A DNA stretch of 64,000 nt from Bacteroidales bacterium UBA1205 (GCA_002309615.1 DBXT01000057.1:3408-67407); one strand, 5' to 3'; numbered from the stretch's first letter, positions 47,622-58,346 are shown. Notes: generated by a model not told the origin, from the letters alone. Translations and numbers: made by a program.

Positions 47622-49211
47622 ATGATATCGGATTTGCAAAATAAGATTTCCTCTCGGGTGCAAGTACATCGCATGTGCTATTTATTTGCCTTGTCAATAA
47701 TAGCGGCGGGTATTCCGTTTTCGCGTTTTTTGATGTCATTGGGAGGAGTGCTATTGGTGGCAAATTGGGTATTGGAAGGACAATGGCGGCAAAAACGGGA
47801 GGCTTTATTGCACAATAAACCCTTGCAGATATTTTTGCTGTTGATGGTCGTCCATGTGGTCTTTTTGGTATTCACACCTCATTTTAAAGAGGGAATAAAA
47901 GATATTTGGATTAAAATACCGTTGTTTTATCTGCCTGTTGTATTGGCTGCTTCATCGTCTTTGACCTCCAAAGAGGTGGACGGTTTGTTAAAAATATATG
48001 TCATAGCTACACTGGTAAGCATTTTCTGCGGTTGGACAGCCTACATTACTCAACATTGGGCGGAAAAACGATTGATGGCTTTGTATATATCTTATGCACG
48101 GTTAGAAATCAATATATGCTTTGCCTTTTTTGTGAGTTTGTATTTAGCCTATAATGCAAAGCATACCTGTCAAAAAATAGTATATGGACTATTATCCGCC
48201 GGCATGATATTGTTTTTGGCATATTCGGGATTTCTCACCGGATTGATATTGCTGATCATCATTTTGGTGGTTTTGTCTCTGATATATGCCGGTGGTAGTA
48301 GTAATAAAATATTCAAAGCGGCAATATATACATCGGTAATTTTATTGGTTTCGGGCATAGGCATGTATTTTGCCGTTATTACCTATCAATATTTTACATC
48401 TTCTTTCAATGCGGAAACAGCGGAAGTTTACACTGCTGACGGACATAGATACACACACCGTGTTCGCCCTCAGGAATTGGAAAACGGCAGTTATATTTAC
48501 ACCTATGTTTGTGAAGAAGAGTTGGAGCAAGCATGGAACAAAAGGAGCCACATCAATTACAAGGATACGGTTGCCAATGGTTTTTCGGTGCCGTCCACCC
48601 TTATTCGGTATCTCAATTCCAAGCATTTGAAAAAAGACCGTCTGGGAGTGGAAGCCCTTACAGAACAAGATATACGCAACATAGAAAACGGAACGGCCAA
48701 TTATTATTATCAACATTCATGGGGACTTGTCGGGCGTTATTATAGCGTGTTATGGGAAATGAACGATTATTACCATACCGGATATCTGGCAGGGTATTCC
48801 TTGTCGCAAAGGTTTGAATTATGGAATGCTTCGTGGCGTGTTGTACAACAGCATCCGTTAAGCGGGGTCGGCACGGGCAACACCCGTTATGCGCTCAGTC
48901 AGGAGCTTATCAAAAATAATTCCCCTATTAAATACAGCAACATGAAAAGTCATAATGAGTATTTAAGCATGCTGATGGCTTTTGGTGTGGTGGGGTTTAT
49001 GATATGTTTGATAGCCGTATTTTATCCCGTCATAGCCAAACGACCACGTTCGTTTGTGTTCACTGTTTTTATGATCATCATGCTGTTGTCTATGCTTACG
49101 GAAGATTCTTTGGACCAGCAGGACGGTGCAACGCTTTTTGCTTTCTTTTATGCTTTGTATGTTTTTGCCGCGGCACCAAGGCATAAACAAGACAAGTGTT
49201 TGCTTACATAA
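47622..49211 (+). CDS. O-antigen ligase (Wzy_C/WaaL-like) family membrane protein
   Basis: Many TM segments, S..QRFELW, HPLSGVGTG and HNEYL motifs; -7 element TATCTTTG at 47595-47602 supports the start at 47622. Confidence 0.8.
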   Translation: MISDLQNKISSRVQVHRMCYLFALSIIAAGIPFSRFLMSLGGVLLVANWVLEGQWRQKREALLHNKPLQIFLLLMVVHVVFLVFTPHFKEGIKDIWIKIPLFYLPVVLAASSSLTSKEVDGLLKIYVIATLVSIFCGWTAYITQHWAEKRLMALYISYARLEINICFAFFVSLYLAYNAKHTCQKIVYGLLSAGMILFLAYSGFLTGLILLIIILVVLSLIYAGGSSNKIFKAAIYTSVILLVSGIGMYFAVITYQYFTSSFNAETAEVYTADGHRYTHRVRPQELENGSYIYTYVCEEELEQAWNKRSHINYKDTVANGFSVPSTLIRYLNSKHLKKDRLGVEALTEQDIRNIENGTANYYYQHSWGLVGRYYSVLWEMNDYYHTGYLAGYSLSQRFELWNASWRVVQQHPLSGVGTGNTRYALSQELIKNNSPIKYSNMKSHNEYLSMLMAFGVVGFMICLIAVFYPVIAKRPRSFVFTVFMIIMLLSMLTEDSLDQQDGATLFAFFYALYVFAAAPRHKQDKCLLT

Positions 49212-49295
49212 TCATTATTGCACTTATCTATAGGCTATCAATAAGGCTTTCTTTTTCCGATGAAGATGGCAAAATATGTTTTTTCCTTTTTTAGC

Positions 49296-49326
49296 TTTGC
49301 AGTTTAGAAAAAATAGTGTACATTTG
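49296..49326 (+). promoter_or_regulatory. Bacteroidota primary-sigma promoter of the lpdA operon
   Basis: TTTG(49296-49299)-N19-TACATTTG(49319-49326) is a full -33/-7 consensus. Confidence 0.7.
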
Positions 49327-49343
49327 CAAAAAAAATTATTCTG

Positions 49344-50738
49344 ATGACAAATTTTGATTTAATAGTAATAGGAAGTGGTCCCGGAGGCTATGTGGCTGCC
49401 ATAAAAGCTTCACAAATGGGCCTTAAAACAGCGGTAGTAGAACGTGCCGAATTGGGCGGAATATGTTTAAATTGGGGTTGTATTCCCACCAAAGCCCTGA
49501 TGAAATCGGCACAAGTGTACAGATATATGCAGCACGGAGCAGAATACGGTGTGGTTTGCGAAGATGTTAAACCCGATTTTGCCGCTATGGTGGCTCGTAG
49601 TCGTAATGTGGCGGAAACCATGAGCAAGGGAATACAATTTTTGTTCAAAAAAAATAATATAGAAGTAATTGCCGGTCATGGTAAAATAAAACAGGGGAAA
49701 GTGGTGGAAGTAGAAGATAAGGAAGGCAATATATCACAATATTCCGCTTCGCATATCATTTTGGCCACGGGAGCACGTTCGCGTGTTTTGCCCAATTTAC
49801 CGCAAGACGGCAAGAAAATAATAGGCTACCGACAAGCGCTGACTTTGCCTGCCTTGCCCGAAAGCATGGTGGTGGTGGGTAGCGGAGCCATAGGCAGTGA
49901 ATTGGCATTTTTCTACAATAGTTTGGGCACCAAGGTTACTTTAATAGAATTGTTGCCTCAAATATTGCCTGTGGAAGATGAAGAAGTAGCCAAACTTGTT
50001 GACCGTGCTTTCCGCAAACAAGGTATGAAGGTGATGACGGAAGCGGTGGTGGAAACTGTGGATACCACCCAAGAAAAATGTGTGGTAAAAGTAAAAGACA
50101 AACGAGGAAACATTCTTGAAATAGAAGCCGACGTGGTGCTTTCTGCCGTTGGTGTACAAACCAATATTGAAAATATCGGTTTGGAAGAATGCGGAGTGCA
50201 GGTGGAACGCGGAAAAGTGGTGGTAGACGATTATTATCGCACCAATGTGGAAGGTGTTTATGCCATAGGCGATATCGTTCACGGTCCCGCTTTGGCGCAC
50301 GTGGCTTCCAAAGAGGCGATAATATGTGTTGAAAAATTGGCGGGAGGCAATCCGCAACCCATTAATTACAACAATATCCCCGGCTGCACTTATACCACAC
50401 CCGAGGTAGCTTCTGTAGGGCTGACAGAGAAAAAGGCATTAGAGGCCGGTTATGAATTAAAAATAGGAAAATTTCCGTTTACGGCATCGGGCAAAGCTAC
50501 GGCCGCAGGCAATAGAGACGGCATGGTAAAAATGATATTCGATGCCGCAACCGGCAAATTGTTAGGCTGTCACATGGTGGGCGACAATGTTACCGAAATG
50601 ATAGCGGAATGTGTGGTAGCCCGTCAGAATGACCTCAGCGCAGAGCAAATATTATCCGCCGTACATCCTCACCCTACCATGAGCGAAGGAGTGATGGAAG
50701 CCGTGGAAGCAGCCATAGACAAGCCTATTCATTTATAA
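49344..50738 (+). CDS. lpdA: Dihydrolipoyl dehydrogenase
   Basis: GSGPGGY, GGICLNWGCIPTK redox disulfide, GSGAIG and HPHPTMSE motifs. Confidence 0.96.
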   Translation: MTNFDLIVIGSGPGGYVAAIKASQMGLKTAVVERAELGGICLNWGCIPTKALMKSAQVYRYMQHGAEYGVVCEDVKPDFAAMVARSRNVAETMSKGIQFLFKKNNIEVIAGHGKIKQGKVVEVEDKEGNISQYSASHIILATGARSRVLPNLPQDGKKIIGYRQALTLPALPESMVVVGSGAIGSELAFFYNSLGTKVTLIELLPQILPVEDEEVAKLVDRAFRKQGMKVMTEAVVETVDTTQEKCVVKVKDKRGNILEIEADVVLSAVGVQTNIENIGLEECGVQVERGKVVVDDYYRTNVEGVYAIGDIVHGPALAHVASKEAIICVEKLAGGNPQPINYNNIPGCTYTTPEVASVGLTEKKALEAGYELKIGKFPFTASGKATAAGNRDGMVKMIFDAATGKLLGCHMVGDNVTEMIAECVVARQNDLSAEQILSAVHPHPTMSEGVMEAVEAAIDKPIHL

Positions 50739-50757
50739 ACATTTTATTCGTAAAATA

Positions 50758-51648
50758 ATGAAAGCTTGTGTTTTTCCCGGACAAGGAGCTCAATATACGG
50801 GTATGGGATTATCCTTGTATCAAAGTATGCCCAAGGCTAAATATATGTTTGAAAAAGCCAATGACATACTCGGGTTTAATATCGCCGACATTATGTTTTA
50901 CGGGTCGGAAGAAGATTTAACCCGAACCAAGGTTACCCAGCCGGCCATATTTTTGCATTCCACCATATTAACCATGTGTATGGGGGATGATTTTTGTCCC
51001 GACATGGTGGCAGGGCATTCTCTGGGAGAGTTTTCTGCCTTGGTGGCCAACAAGTGTTTGAAATTTGAAGACGGCCTTCATTTGGTAGCCCAAAGGGCTA
51101 TGGCTATGCAAAAAGCATGTGAAGAAAACGAGTCGGGAATGGCTGCCGTAACCAATTTGAACAGCGATATCATCAGTAATATATGCAAGAGCATCAGTCC
51201 TGAAATAGTGGTTGCGGCCAATTATAATCATCCTAATCAAACTGTGATATCGGGTTCGCTCAAAGGCATAGCACAAGCTACAGAACTGTTGTTGGCTCAA
51301 GGGGCAAGAAGGGTGCTTCCTCTCAAAGTGGGAGGAGCTTTTCATTCTCCTTTGATGGAAAAAGCAAAAAACTCTTTGGCATCAGCCATAGAACATACTC
51401 ATTTTTATCCGCCTGTATGTCCTGTATACCAAAATTATACTGCCTTGCCCTCAATGGAAGAGGAAGAGATAAAAGCCAACCTTATAGCCCAGCTCACCGC
51501 TCCTGTAAAATGGATGCAAACCATACAAAATATGATACACGACGGTGCTACCGATTTTATGGAAATAGGTCCGGGGGAAATATTAAAAAGCATAATTAAA
51601 AAAATAGATATAACAACTAACGTAGATAGCATATCTACAATATTATAA
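50758..51648 (+). CDS. fabD: Malonyl-CoA:ACP transacylase
   Basis: FPGQGAQ, GHSLGE, GAFHS and EIGPG motifs. Confidence 0.96.
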   Translation: MKACVFPGQGAQYTGMGLSLYQSMPKAKYMFEKANDILGFNIADIMFYGSEEDLTRTKVTQPAIFLHSTILTMCMGDDFCPDMVAGHSLGEFSALVANKCLKFEDGLHLVAQRAMAMQKACEENESGMAAVTNLNSDIISNICKSISPEIVVAANYNHPNQTVISGSLKGIAQATELLLAQGARRVLPLKVGGAFHSPLMEKAKNSLASAIEHTHFYPPVCPVYQNYTALPSMEEEEIKANLIAQLTAPVKWMQTIQNMIHDGATDFMEIGPGEILKSIIKKIDITTNVDSISTIL

Positions 51649-51664
51649 TGTAATACACATAGTC

Positions 51665-52426
51665 ATGATGAAACTTTTATTAATCAGCAATTCTACCAAT
51701 TTTGGAGAACCTTATTTAGCATGGTGTCAAACGCAAATAGAAATGTTTTGTCTTCAAAACAATATCAAGACAAATAGTAAAATAGCATTTGTTCCTTTTG
51801 CCGGTGTCAACATCGGCGGCAATGCCTATCCCAAAAGTTATGACGCTTACGAGCAACGGGTGCAAAATGTATTTAAAAACTGGGGCTTTAAAAACCTGCA
51901 TTCCATACATCATGCCAAAGACAAGAAAGCGGCAATAGAAAAAGCCGATTGTATTATAGTCGGTGGCGGCAACACCTTTCATTTGGTGGCAGAATTGCAC
52001 AATTATGCTTTAATGGATGTGATTGCCGATAAGGTGAAAAAAGGCGTTCCTTATATAGGTTGGAGTGCCGGCAGCAATGTGGCATGCCCCACTTTGTGTA
52101 CCACCAACGACATGCCTATAGTGCAACCCAAAAGCTTTGATACACTTAATTTGGTGCCCTTCCAAATAAATCCTCATTACCTGGACCCCACTCCCGAAAT
52201 AGACAAAATGGTAAAACACGGCGGTGAAACACGTCAGGACAGATTGAATGAATACATGGCCGTAAATCAAAAGAAGGTAGTGGTAGGCCTTAGAGAAGCA
52301 TGTGCTTTATGGATAAACGGTAAAAAGATGTTCCTTAGAGGCGGCAAAAAAATGATAGTATTTCAATATGGTAAAGAACCGTATGAAATAGAGCCCGGTA
52401 GTGATGTGAGCAAATTGTTAAAATAA
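51665..52426 (+). CDS. pepE: Dipeptidase E (peptidase S51)
   Basis: VGGGNTF, GWSAGSN, TTNDMPI, INPHY and GETR motifs. Confidence 0.93.
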   Translation: MMKLLLISNSTNFGEPYLAWCQTQIEMFCLQNNIKTNSKIAFVPFAGVNIGGNAYPKSYDAYEQRVQNVFKNWGFKNLHSIHHAKDKKAAIEKADCIIVGGGNTFHLVAELHNYALMDVIADKVKKGVPYIGWSAGSNVACPTLCTTNDMPIVQPKSFDTLNLVPFQINPHYLDPTPEIDKMVKHGGETRQDRLNEYMAVNQKKVVVGLREACALWINGKKMFLRGGKKMIVFQYGKEPYEIEPGSDVSKLLK

Positions 52427-52459
52427 CGTATGACCATTTTATAATGACATATTAAGTAT

Positions 52460-53290
52460 ATGTTGTTCAATTATCATACTCATTGTCATTATTGCGACGG
52501 GAAAGGAGAACCGGAAGAATTTGTAAAAGAAGCCATAGGCCAATGTTTTCATTCTTTCGGTTTTTCTTCTCATGCCCCCATACCTATAGAAAACAATTTT
52601 GCCGTCAAAGAACAAGACCTGCCGCAATATGTGAGCGATATACAAGCCTTGGAGCAGAAATACCCTCATTTGCCGCTTTCCTACGGATTGGAATGCGATT
52701 ATATACCAAAAGTTTCTTTTGCCTTTGATTATTTTTTGCAAAAATATCACATACAATATGTGATAGGCGGAGTGCATTTGGTGGCTTATCAGGGGCAGTT
52801 GTGGTTTATTGACGGACCTAAAAAAGAAATTTACGACCAAGGTCTGCAACAAATATTTCATAACGATATAAGGTTGGCAGTCAAAACCTACTTCTATCAA
52901 TTGTTTGAAATGATAGAAAAAGAGCATTTTGGCATTTTGGCTCATTTTGACAAAATAAAAATGCACAATCAAAACAGGTATTTTACCGAGGACGAAGCGT
53001 GGTATAAAGATTATATATACCAAACCATAGAATTGGTGCAACAAAAAGGCTTGGTGGTGGAAATCAATACAAGAGGAATCTATAAAAAACGCTATCCCGA
53101 TTTTTATCCTTCTGCCGGAATAATAAAGATATTGTACCAACACCATGTTCCCGTAACCATCAGCATGGATGCCCATGCCCCTGAAGAAATATCCATGGGT
53201 TTTGAGCAGGCAATGAATTGTATACGTGAGGCGGGATACAAAGAGGTGGTAGGCGTGATACAAGGCAAACAACAGATAATCGGCATATAA
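52460..53290 (+). CDS. PHP-family histidinol-phosphatase-like protein
   Basis: YHTH..YCDG, GFSSHAP, GLECDY, IGGVH, AHFD, EINT and SMDAH metal-binding motifs. Confidence 0.88.
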   Translation: MLFNYHTHCHYCDGKGEPEEFVKEAIGQCFHSFGFSSHAPIPIENNFAVKEQDLPQYVSDIQALEQKYPHLPLSYGLECDYIPKVSFAFDYFLQKYHIQYVIGGVHLVAYQGQLWFIDGPKKEIYDQGLQQIFHNDIRLAVKTYFYQLFEMIEKEHFGILAHFDKIKMHNQNRYFTEDEAWYKDYIYQTIELVQQKGLVVEINTRGIYKKRYPDFYPSAGIIKILYQHHVPVTISMDAHAPEEISMGFEQAMNCIREAGYKEVVGVIQGKQQIIGI

Positions 53291-53332
53291 TACCAATAGA
53301 AGTTAAGCGAAAAGTAAAGGAGAAAAAGGGTA

Positions 53333-53369
53333 TAGTGTGCCGAAGGCACACTACTATTTACGCAGATAA
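53333..53369 (+). terminator. Hairpin, probable terminator of the lpdA operon
   Basis: TAGTGTGCC-GAA-GGCACACTA perfect 9-bp stem with only a weak T tail. Confidence 0.55.
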
Positions 53370-53767
53370 GGCTCCCTAAAAAGTATGCAAATTCCGGCAA
53401 GCAGGACAATATTTGCAGACAATTGCTAAAAAGTTGTAAAGATAATCAAATGAGTGTTTTAACCTCTTTTTCGCTACTTTCGACCTATAAGCCGGAATTT
53501 TTGTTATTTGTTAGTAAAAACAGCCATGCCAAATGCAATGTTTTTGAAAATAATTAACTAACAATATGTATATTAGAAAAATAAGTTAATAACCGAAATT
53601 TGTTAATTATTTATTTTGGCAATAAAAAAATATATGCCTAATACGATTAATTTTGTAAGTGGAATACCCGAGCATACTTTTTTTTGCAAACTTCCTGAAA
53701 AACAAAAATAGGTGGAGGGTGACAAACAATTTTTTTGGTAACAATTTTGTATTTTAGATATAGAACC

Positions 53768-56587
53768 ATGGATTTTTTTAAAGAACTTTTTAACTTAAAC
53801 AACAGCGATAACATAGAAGGTGAATTGTTGGATACTGAGAATTTTGATAAAGTATCGGCCGTGATGGCAGGAGCAAAAAACAAATCGCATTTAGTGAATG
53901 CCCGTGCCAACAGTCGCCCGCAGGCAGTGTCGAATGTTGTAGATAATACCGTTAATGTTCAACCACAACAAGAACCGCAACAAATGGAGCCACTTAAAGA
54001 AAAAGAAGTAGAAGAAGAGACATCTAATCATTTTTACAATAGGGGTATAGGAGAAAATATGCGTAAATATTCGGTGGAAGAAGTACAAGCCGAAGCTACA
54101 AAATATTTTAACGGCGACCTTATGGTAGCCAATGTATGGATCAACAAATACGCCTTAAGAGACGGCAATGGTAATTTGTATGAGCTCACTCCCGACGATA
54201 TGCATAAGCGTTTGTCCAAAGAATTCGCTCGTATAGAACAAAAATATCCTAATCCTTTAAGCGAAGCTCAAATCAACCAGCTTTTGAAAAACTTTCAATA
54301 TATAGTACCGCAAGGCAGTCCTATGTTCGGCATAGGCAATCCTTTTCAGATAGCTTCTCTTTCCAATTGTTTTGTTATAGGCAACGGCAGCAATTCCGAT
54401 TCTTACGGTTCTATTATGAAAATAGACGAAGAACAGGTGCAACTGATGAAACGCCGTGGCGGTGTAGGACACGATTTGTCACACATACGTCCCGAAGGCA
54501 GTCTGGTACACAATAGCGCTCTTACTTCCACCGGTATAGTTCCTTTTATGGAACGTTATTCCAATTCCACCCGCGAAGTGGCACAAGGCGGTCGTAGAGG
54601 TGCTTTGATGTTGAGCATTTCCGTTAAACACCCCGATGCAGAAAAATTCATAGATGCAAAATTGGAACAAGGTAAAATCACCGGTGCCAATGTTTCGGTG
54701 AAACTGGACGATGAATTCATGAAATGTGTTAAATCGGGAGCTCCTTATATACAACAATATCCCATATATACACACAATCCGCTGGTAAGAAAAGAAATTG
54801 ACGCCAAAAAACTTTGGAATAAAATTATCCATAATGCATGGAAAGCAGCAGAGCCCGGTGTGTTGTTCTGGGATACCATACTGAAAGAATCCATTCCTGA
54901 TTGCTATGCGGAATATGGTTTTGAAACCGTATCCACCAATCCTTGCGGTGAAATTCCATTGTGTCCTTACGACAGCTGTCGTTTAATAGCCATTAATTTG
55001 TACAGCTATGTAGAACATCCTTTTACGGCAAATGCTACTTTTAACTTTGAAAAATTCAAAAAACATGTAGGCATTGCTCAACGTTTGATGGATGACTTGA
55101 TAGATATGGAAATGGAAAAAATAGACATGATATTGGATAAAATCCATCATGATCCTGAAAGCGAACACATTAAACGGGTAGAAGAGGAATTATGGACCAA
55201 GATTAAAGAAAAATCGTCCAAAGGTCGTCGTACGGGCTTAGGTATTACCGCCGAAGGTGATATGCTGGCGGCATTGGGTATACGTTACGGGTCGGAAGAA
55301 GCCATCAATTTCTCTACAGAAGTTCACAAACAATTAGCATTGGCTGCTTATCGCAGTTCGGTGGAAATGGCAAAAGAAAGAGGTAAATTCTCCATATACA
55401 ATTCTTCTAAAGAAAGTTACAATCCGTTTATACGTCGTATCAGAGAGGCAGATCCCGAATTGTATCAAGATATGTGCACCTATGGTCGTAGAAACATCGC
55501 TTTGCTTACAGTGGCTCCTACCGGCAGTGTAAGCATGTGTACACAAACCACCTCCGGCATAGAACCTGTGTTTATGATAGCCTACACCCGCAGACGTAAG
55601 GTAAATCCTAACGATAAGAATGCAAGAGTGGATTTTGTAGATAAAAACGGTGACTCGTTTGAAGAATACCAAGTGTTGCATCCTAAATTTGCAATATGGG
55701 CTCAACTTAATGGTTATGATGTGGAAAAACTCAAAGCTATGAAAAGCGATGAGTTGAATAAAATAATAGAAAAATCTCCTTATTACAAAGCTACCGCACA
55801 CGATATAGATTGGACCATGAAAGTTCGTTTGCAAGGAGCTATTCAAAAATGGGTGGATCATTCCATCAGCGTAACGGTAAACATTCCCGAAAATGCCAGC
55901 GAATCAGTAGTGAGCGATGTGTACAAAACAGCATGGGAATGCGGTTGCAAGGGTATGACCATTTATAGAGAAGGTTCCCGCGACGGTGTGCTGATAAGCG
56001 AAAACGAAAAGAAAAAGAGCCATGCCGGCGGTTCTTCTTTTGGTGAAGCCATAGTGCCCAAACGTCCCGAACAATTGGAAGCAGATGTGATAAGATTCCG
56101 CAATAAAGAAGAAGAATGGATAGCCGTGGTGGGTTTGCTCGACGGCCGCCCATACGAAATATTCACAGGAAAAGCCGATGCATTTTATCTTCACCCTGCC
56201 ATCAAAAAAGGATGGGTAAAAAGAGTAAAACACGGCAACGAACCGGCACGTTACGATTTCACTTTCATAGACAAGCAAGGTTATGAAGGAATAGTGTGCG
56301 GGTTGTCTCGTATGTTCAACGAAGAATATTGGAACTATGCAAAATTAATATCCGGTGTGCTTCGTTACGGCATGCCGTTGCCCAATGTGGTGAACTTGAT
56401 ATCCAAGCTCCATTTCGACGATGATAACATTATGACATGGAAAAATGGCGTTACCCGTGCTTTGAAAAATTATATCAAAGACGGCACCAAGGTAAAACAA
56501 GCCTGTCCTGAATGCGGTCAAGAATCGTTGGTATATAAAGACGGTTGTGTTACTTGCGTGAATTGCGGTCATTCTAAATGCGGTTGA
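53768..56587 (+). CDS. nrdJ: Class II (adenosylcobalamin-dependent) ribonucleotide reductase with fused TSCPD/zinc-ribbon C-terminus
   Basis: SLSNCFV, GGRRGALM, STNPCGEIPL, APTG, TTSGIEP and terminal CPECG...CVTCVNCGHSKCG. Confidence 0.93.
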   Translation: MDFFKELFNLNNSDNIEGELLDTENFDKVSAVMAGAKNKSHLVNARANSRPQAVSNVVDNTVNVQPQQEPQQMEPLKEKEVEEETSNHFYNRGIGENMRKYSVEEVQAEATKYFNGDLMVANVWINKYALRDGNGNLYELTPDDMHKRLSKEFARIEQKYPNPLSEAQINQLLKNFQYIVPQGSPMFGIGNPFQIASLSNCFVIGNGSNSDSYGSIMKIDEEQVQLMKRRGGVGHDLSHIRPEGSLVHNSALTSTGIVPFMERYSNSTREVAQGGRRGALMLSISVKHPDAEKFIDAKLEQGKITGANVSVKLDDEFMKCVKSGAPYIQQYPIYTHNPLVRKEIDAKKLWNKIIHNAWKAAEPGVLFWDTILKESIPDCYAEYGFETVSTNPCGEIPLCPYDSCRLIAINLYSYVEHPFTANATFNFEKFKKHVGIAQRLMDDLIDMEMEKIDMILDKIHHDPESEHIKRVEEELWTKIKEKSSKGRRTGLGITAEGDMLAALGIRYGSEEAINFSTEVHKQLALAAYRSSVEMAKERGKFSIYNSSKESYNPFIRRIREADPELYQDMCTYGRRNIALLTVAPTGSVSMCTQTTSGIEPVFMIAYTRRRKVNPNDKNARVDFVDKNGDSFEEYQVLHPKFAIWAQLNGYDVEKLKAMKSDELNKIIEKSPYYKATAHDIDWTMKVRLQGAIQKWVDHSISVTVNIPENASESVVSDVYKTAWECGCKGMTIYREGSRDGVLISENEKKKSHAGGSSFGEAIVPKRPEQLEADVIRFRNKEEEWIAVVGLLDGRPYEIFTGKADAFYLHPAIKKGWVKRVKHGNEPARYDFTFIDKQGYEGIVCGLSRMFNEEYWNYAKLISGVLRYGMPLPNVVNLISKLHFDDDNIMTWKNGVTRALKNYIKDGTKVKQACPECGQESLVYKDGCVTCVNCGHSKCG

Positions 56588-56627
56588 TAACCGCCAAAAG
56601 GCATATTTATTTCAACAAATTGTAAGA

Positions 56628-57071
56628 ATGGTAATAGATATCAATAATATCACTTTCAAAAACAGACTTCCCATACAATTGAGAATGACAGACATAGATG
56701 CTCTACATCATGTCAACAACGGGGTGATATGTTCCTATTTTGATTTGGGCCGGCTCCATTATATGAAAGCGGTAAGCGGAGCGTTTGAATTGAAAGATAT
56801 AGATATAGTATTGGTTCATACCGAATATGACTTTTCGGCTTCCATCCGCTTCAATGATACTATAGCGGTAGATACCGCTATTTTGGAGTTCGGTACCAAA
56901 AGTGTTAAAATGGTGCAACGTATAGTAAACACCGCTACTAACAAATGTTATTGCACTTGCTATTCTGTATTGGCAGGATATGACCACCAACGCGATAGTT
57001 CTGCTCCCATTAAAGAAGAATTCAAGCGCAAGGTGATGGCATACGAGCGTAAACAAACAACAAAGAAGTAA
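56628..57071 (+). CDS. Acyl-CoA thioesterase (4HBT/hotdog fold)
   Basis: R.TDIDALHHVNN...YFDLGR motif. Confidence 0.88.
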   Translation: MVIDINNITFKNRLPIQLRMTDIDALHHVNNGVICSYFDLGRLHYMKAVSGAFELKDIDIVLVHTEYDFSASIRFNDTIAVDTAILEFGTKSVKMVQRIVNTATNKCYCTCYSVLAGYDHQRDSSAPIKEEFKRKVMAYERKQTTKK

Positions 57072-57146
57072 AAAAATGTTACAGCCTGAAAAAAAATCAG
57101 GCGGTAATATTGATATAAAAAAATTGTTCTTTAAAAAATAAGTAAA

Positions 57147-57389
57147 ATGGGATTAATACTTTCTTTAGTAATCGGCGTATTGGCCGGATTTTTGGGTAGC
57201 AAATTATTCAGCGGAAGCGGAAACGGCTTATTGGTAAATCTTATAGTAGGTGTGATAGGCGGTTTTTTAGGCGGCTGGGTGTTCGGATTGCTGGGCATAG
57301 GCGGCAACAGCCTCTTGTGGCAATTGATAAGCGCCACCGTAGGTGCTATTTTGTTCTTGTGGATACTTTCACTGATAAAGAAAAAATAA
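57147..57389 (+). CDS. GlsB/YeaQ/YmgE-family (transglycosylase-associated) membrane protein
   Basis: Gly-rich three-TM protein with IG.LAG.L, NLIVG.IG..LGG and A.VGAI.L. Confidence 0.9.
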   Translation: MGLILSLVIGVLAGFLGSKLFSGSGNGLLVNLIVGVIGGFLGGWVFGLLGIGGNSLLWQLISATVGAILFLWILSLIKKK

Positions 57390-57396
57390 TTTTGAT

Positions 57397-57431
57397 AAAA
57401 AATGACTAAGTGATGCTTAGTCATTTTTTTT
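57397..57431 (+). terminator. Intrinsic terminator
   Basis: AAAAAATGACTAAG-TGATG-CTTAGTCATTTTTTTT. Confidence 0.85.
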
Positions 57432-57563
57432 CTACCTACTCTTTGTTCACTTCTCAGCAAAACTTTTTGAGGAGAAGCATGTTCTTTATATCACGTGCAA
57501 AATTTGTATTTGTTTATCAAAAGGTAAAAAATGCTATCTTTGCAAACTGATAAAATTTGTTGT

Positions 57564-58346
57564 ATGAACATAAGGCGTAGTGTCGGTGTGATATTGCTAT
57601 TGTTTTCTTTTGTATGCCTGCAGGCACAAGAAAGGTTTGTTCTTAAAGGCAAAGTGGTGGATTTTATCACTGTGCAGCCTTTGGAGAATGCATGTGTGCA
57701 TAATATGACTTCCGGACTGATGGTGTTCTCGGATGCCCAAGGAAATTATGCCCTCATGGCGCGTCCAAACGACACTATTGCCGTATCCAGAGTGGGTTTC
57801 AATGTGGAAGTGTTAGTGGTAAACGATAGTGTGATAGATAACCACAGCCATTTTTTTATACGCTTATTGATGAAGTCCATCATGCTGAAAAATTTTACGG
57901 TTTATGCCATGAAACCCTATCCGCTTTTTGTGAAAGATTTGGCAAAAAAAATATCTTATGATAAAGTGGATGTGCCGGGAATAACACTTACGGAAGAAGA
58001 AAAAATGCAGGCTGTGCCCCGCTCGGAACAAGGTAATTTGTTAGCCAATACGCCGTTGGCACATCCTATATCCTTTTTATATGAAAAATTCAGCCGTAAA
58101 GCACGTTTGCAGCGTACTTACAAAGAATTGGTATCCAATCAAGATGAAGTGATGCGTATGGCGGAGAAATACAATGCGGATGTGGTAAAACGCATTACTC
58201 ACCTCAGTGGCGGTGAAGTGGACGAATTTATGCTGTTTTGCGGATTTTCTTACTATACTTTAGCCATGTCCACCGATGTGGAAATAGAGCAGATGATAGC
58301 CAAAAAATTTATAGAATACAAACAATATAAAAGTGCAAACCAATAA
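57564..58346 (+). CDS. Exported protein with carboxypeptidase-regulatory-like N-terminal domain
   Basis: Signal peptide ending LQA-Q, LKGKVVD...PLE.A.V, SD.QG.Y and PISFLY..FS; -7 element at 57535-57542 supports the start at 57564. Confidence 0.7.
   Translation: MNIRRSVGVILLLFSFVCLQAQERFVLKGKVVDFITVQPLENACVHNMTSGLMVFSDAQGNYALMARPNDTIAVSRVGFNVEVLVVNDSVIDNHSHFFIRLLMKSIMLKNFTVYAMKPYPLFVKDLAKKISYDKVDVPGITLTEEEKMQAVPRSEQGNLLANTPLAHPISFLYEKFSRKARLQRTYKELVSNQDEVMRMAEKYNADVVKRITHLSGGEVDEFMLFCGFSYYTLAMSTDVEIEQMIAKKFIEYKQYKSANQ

Noticed and set aside
52439-53296. Long antisense ORFs (285 aa here; also 393-1172, 46296-46910 and others)
   Set aside because: They are shadows of well-supported genes on the opposite strand and lack motifs of their own
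53291-53767. Cobalamin riboswitch or NrdR boxes upstream of B12-dependent nrdJ
   Set aside because: No B12-box elements (GGGAA...GCCACTG...) and no convincing tandem NrdR palindromes were found
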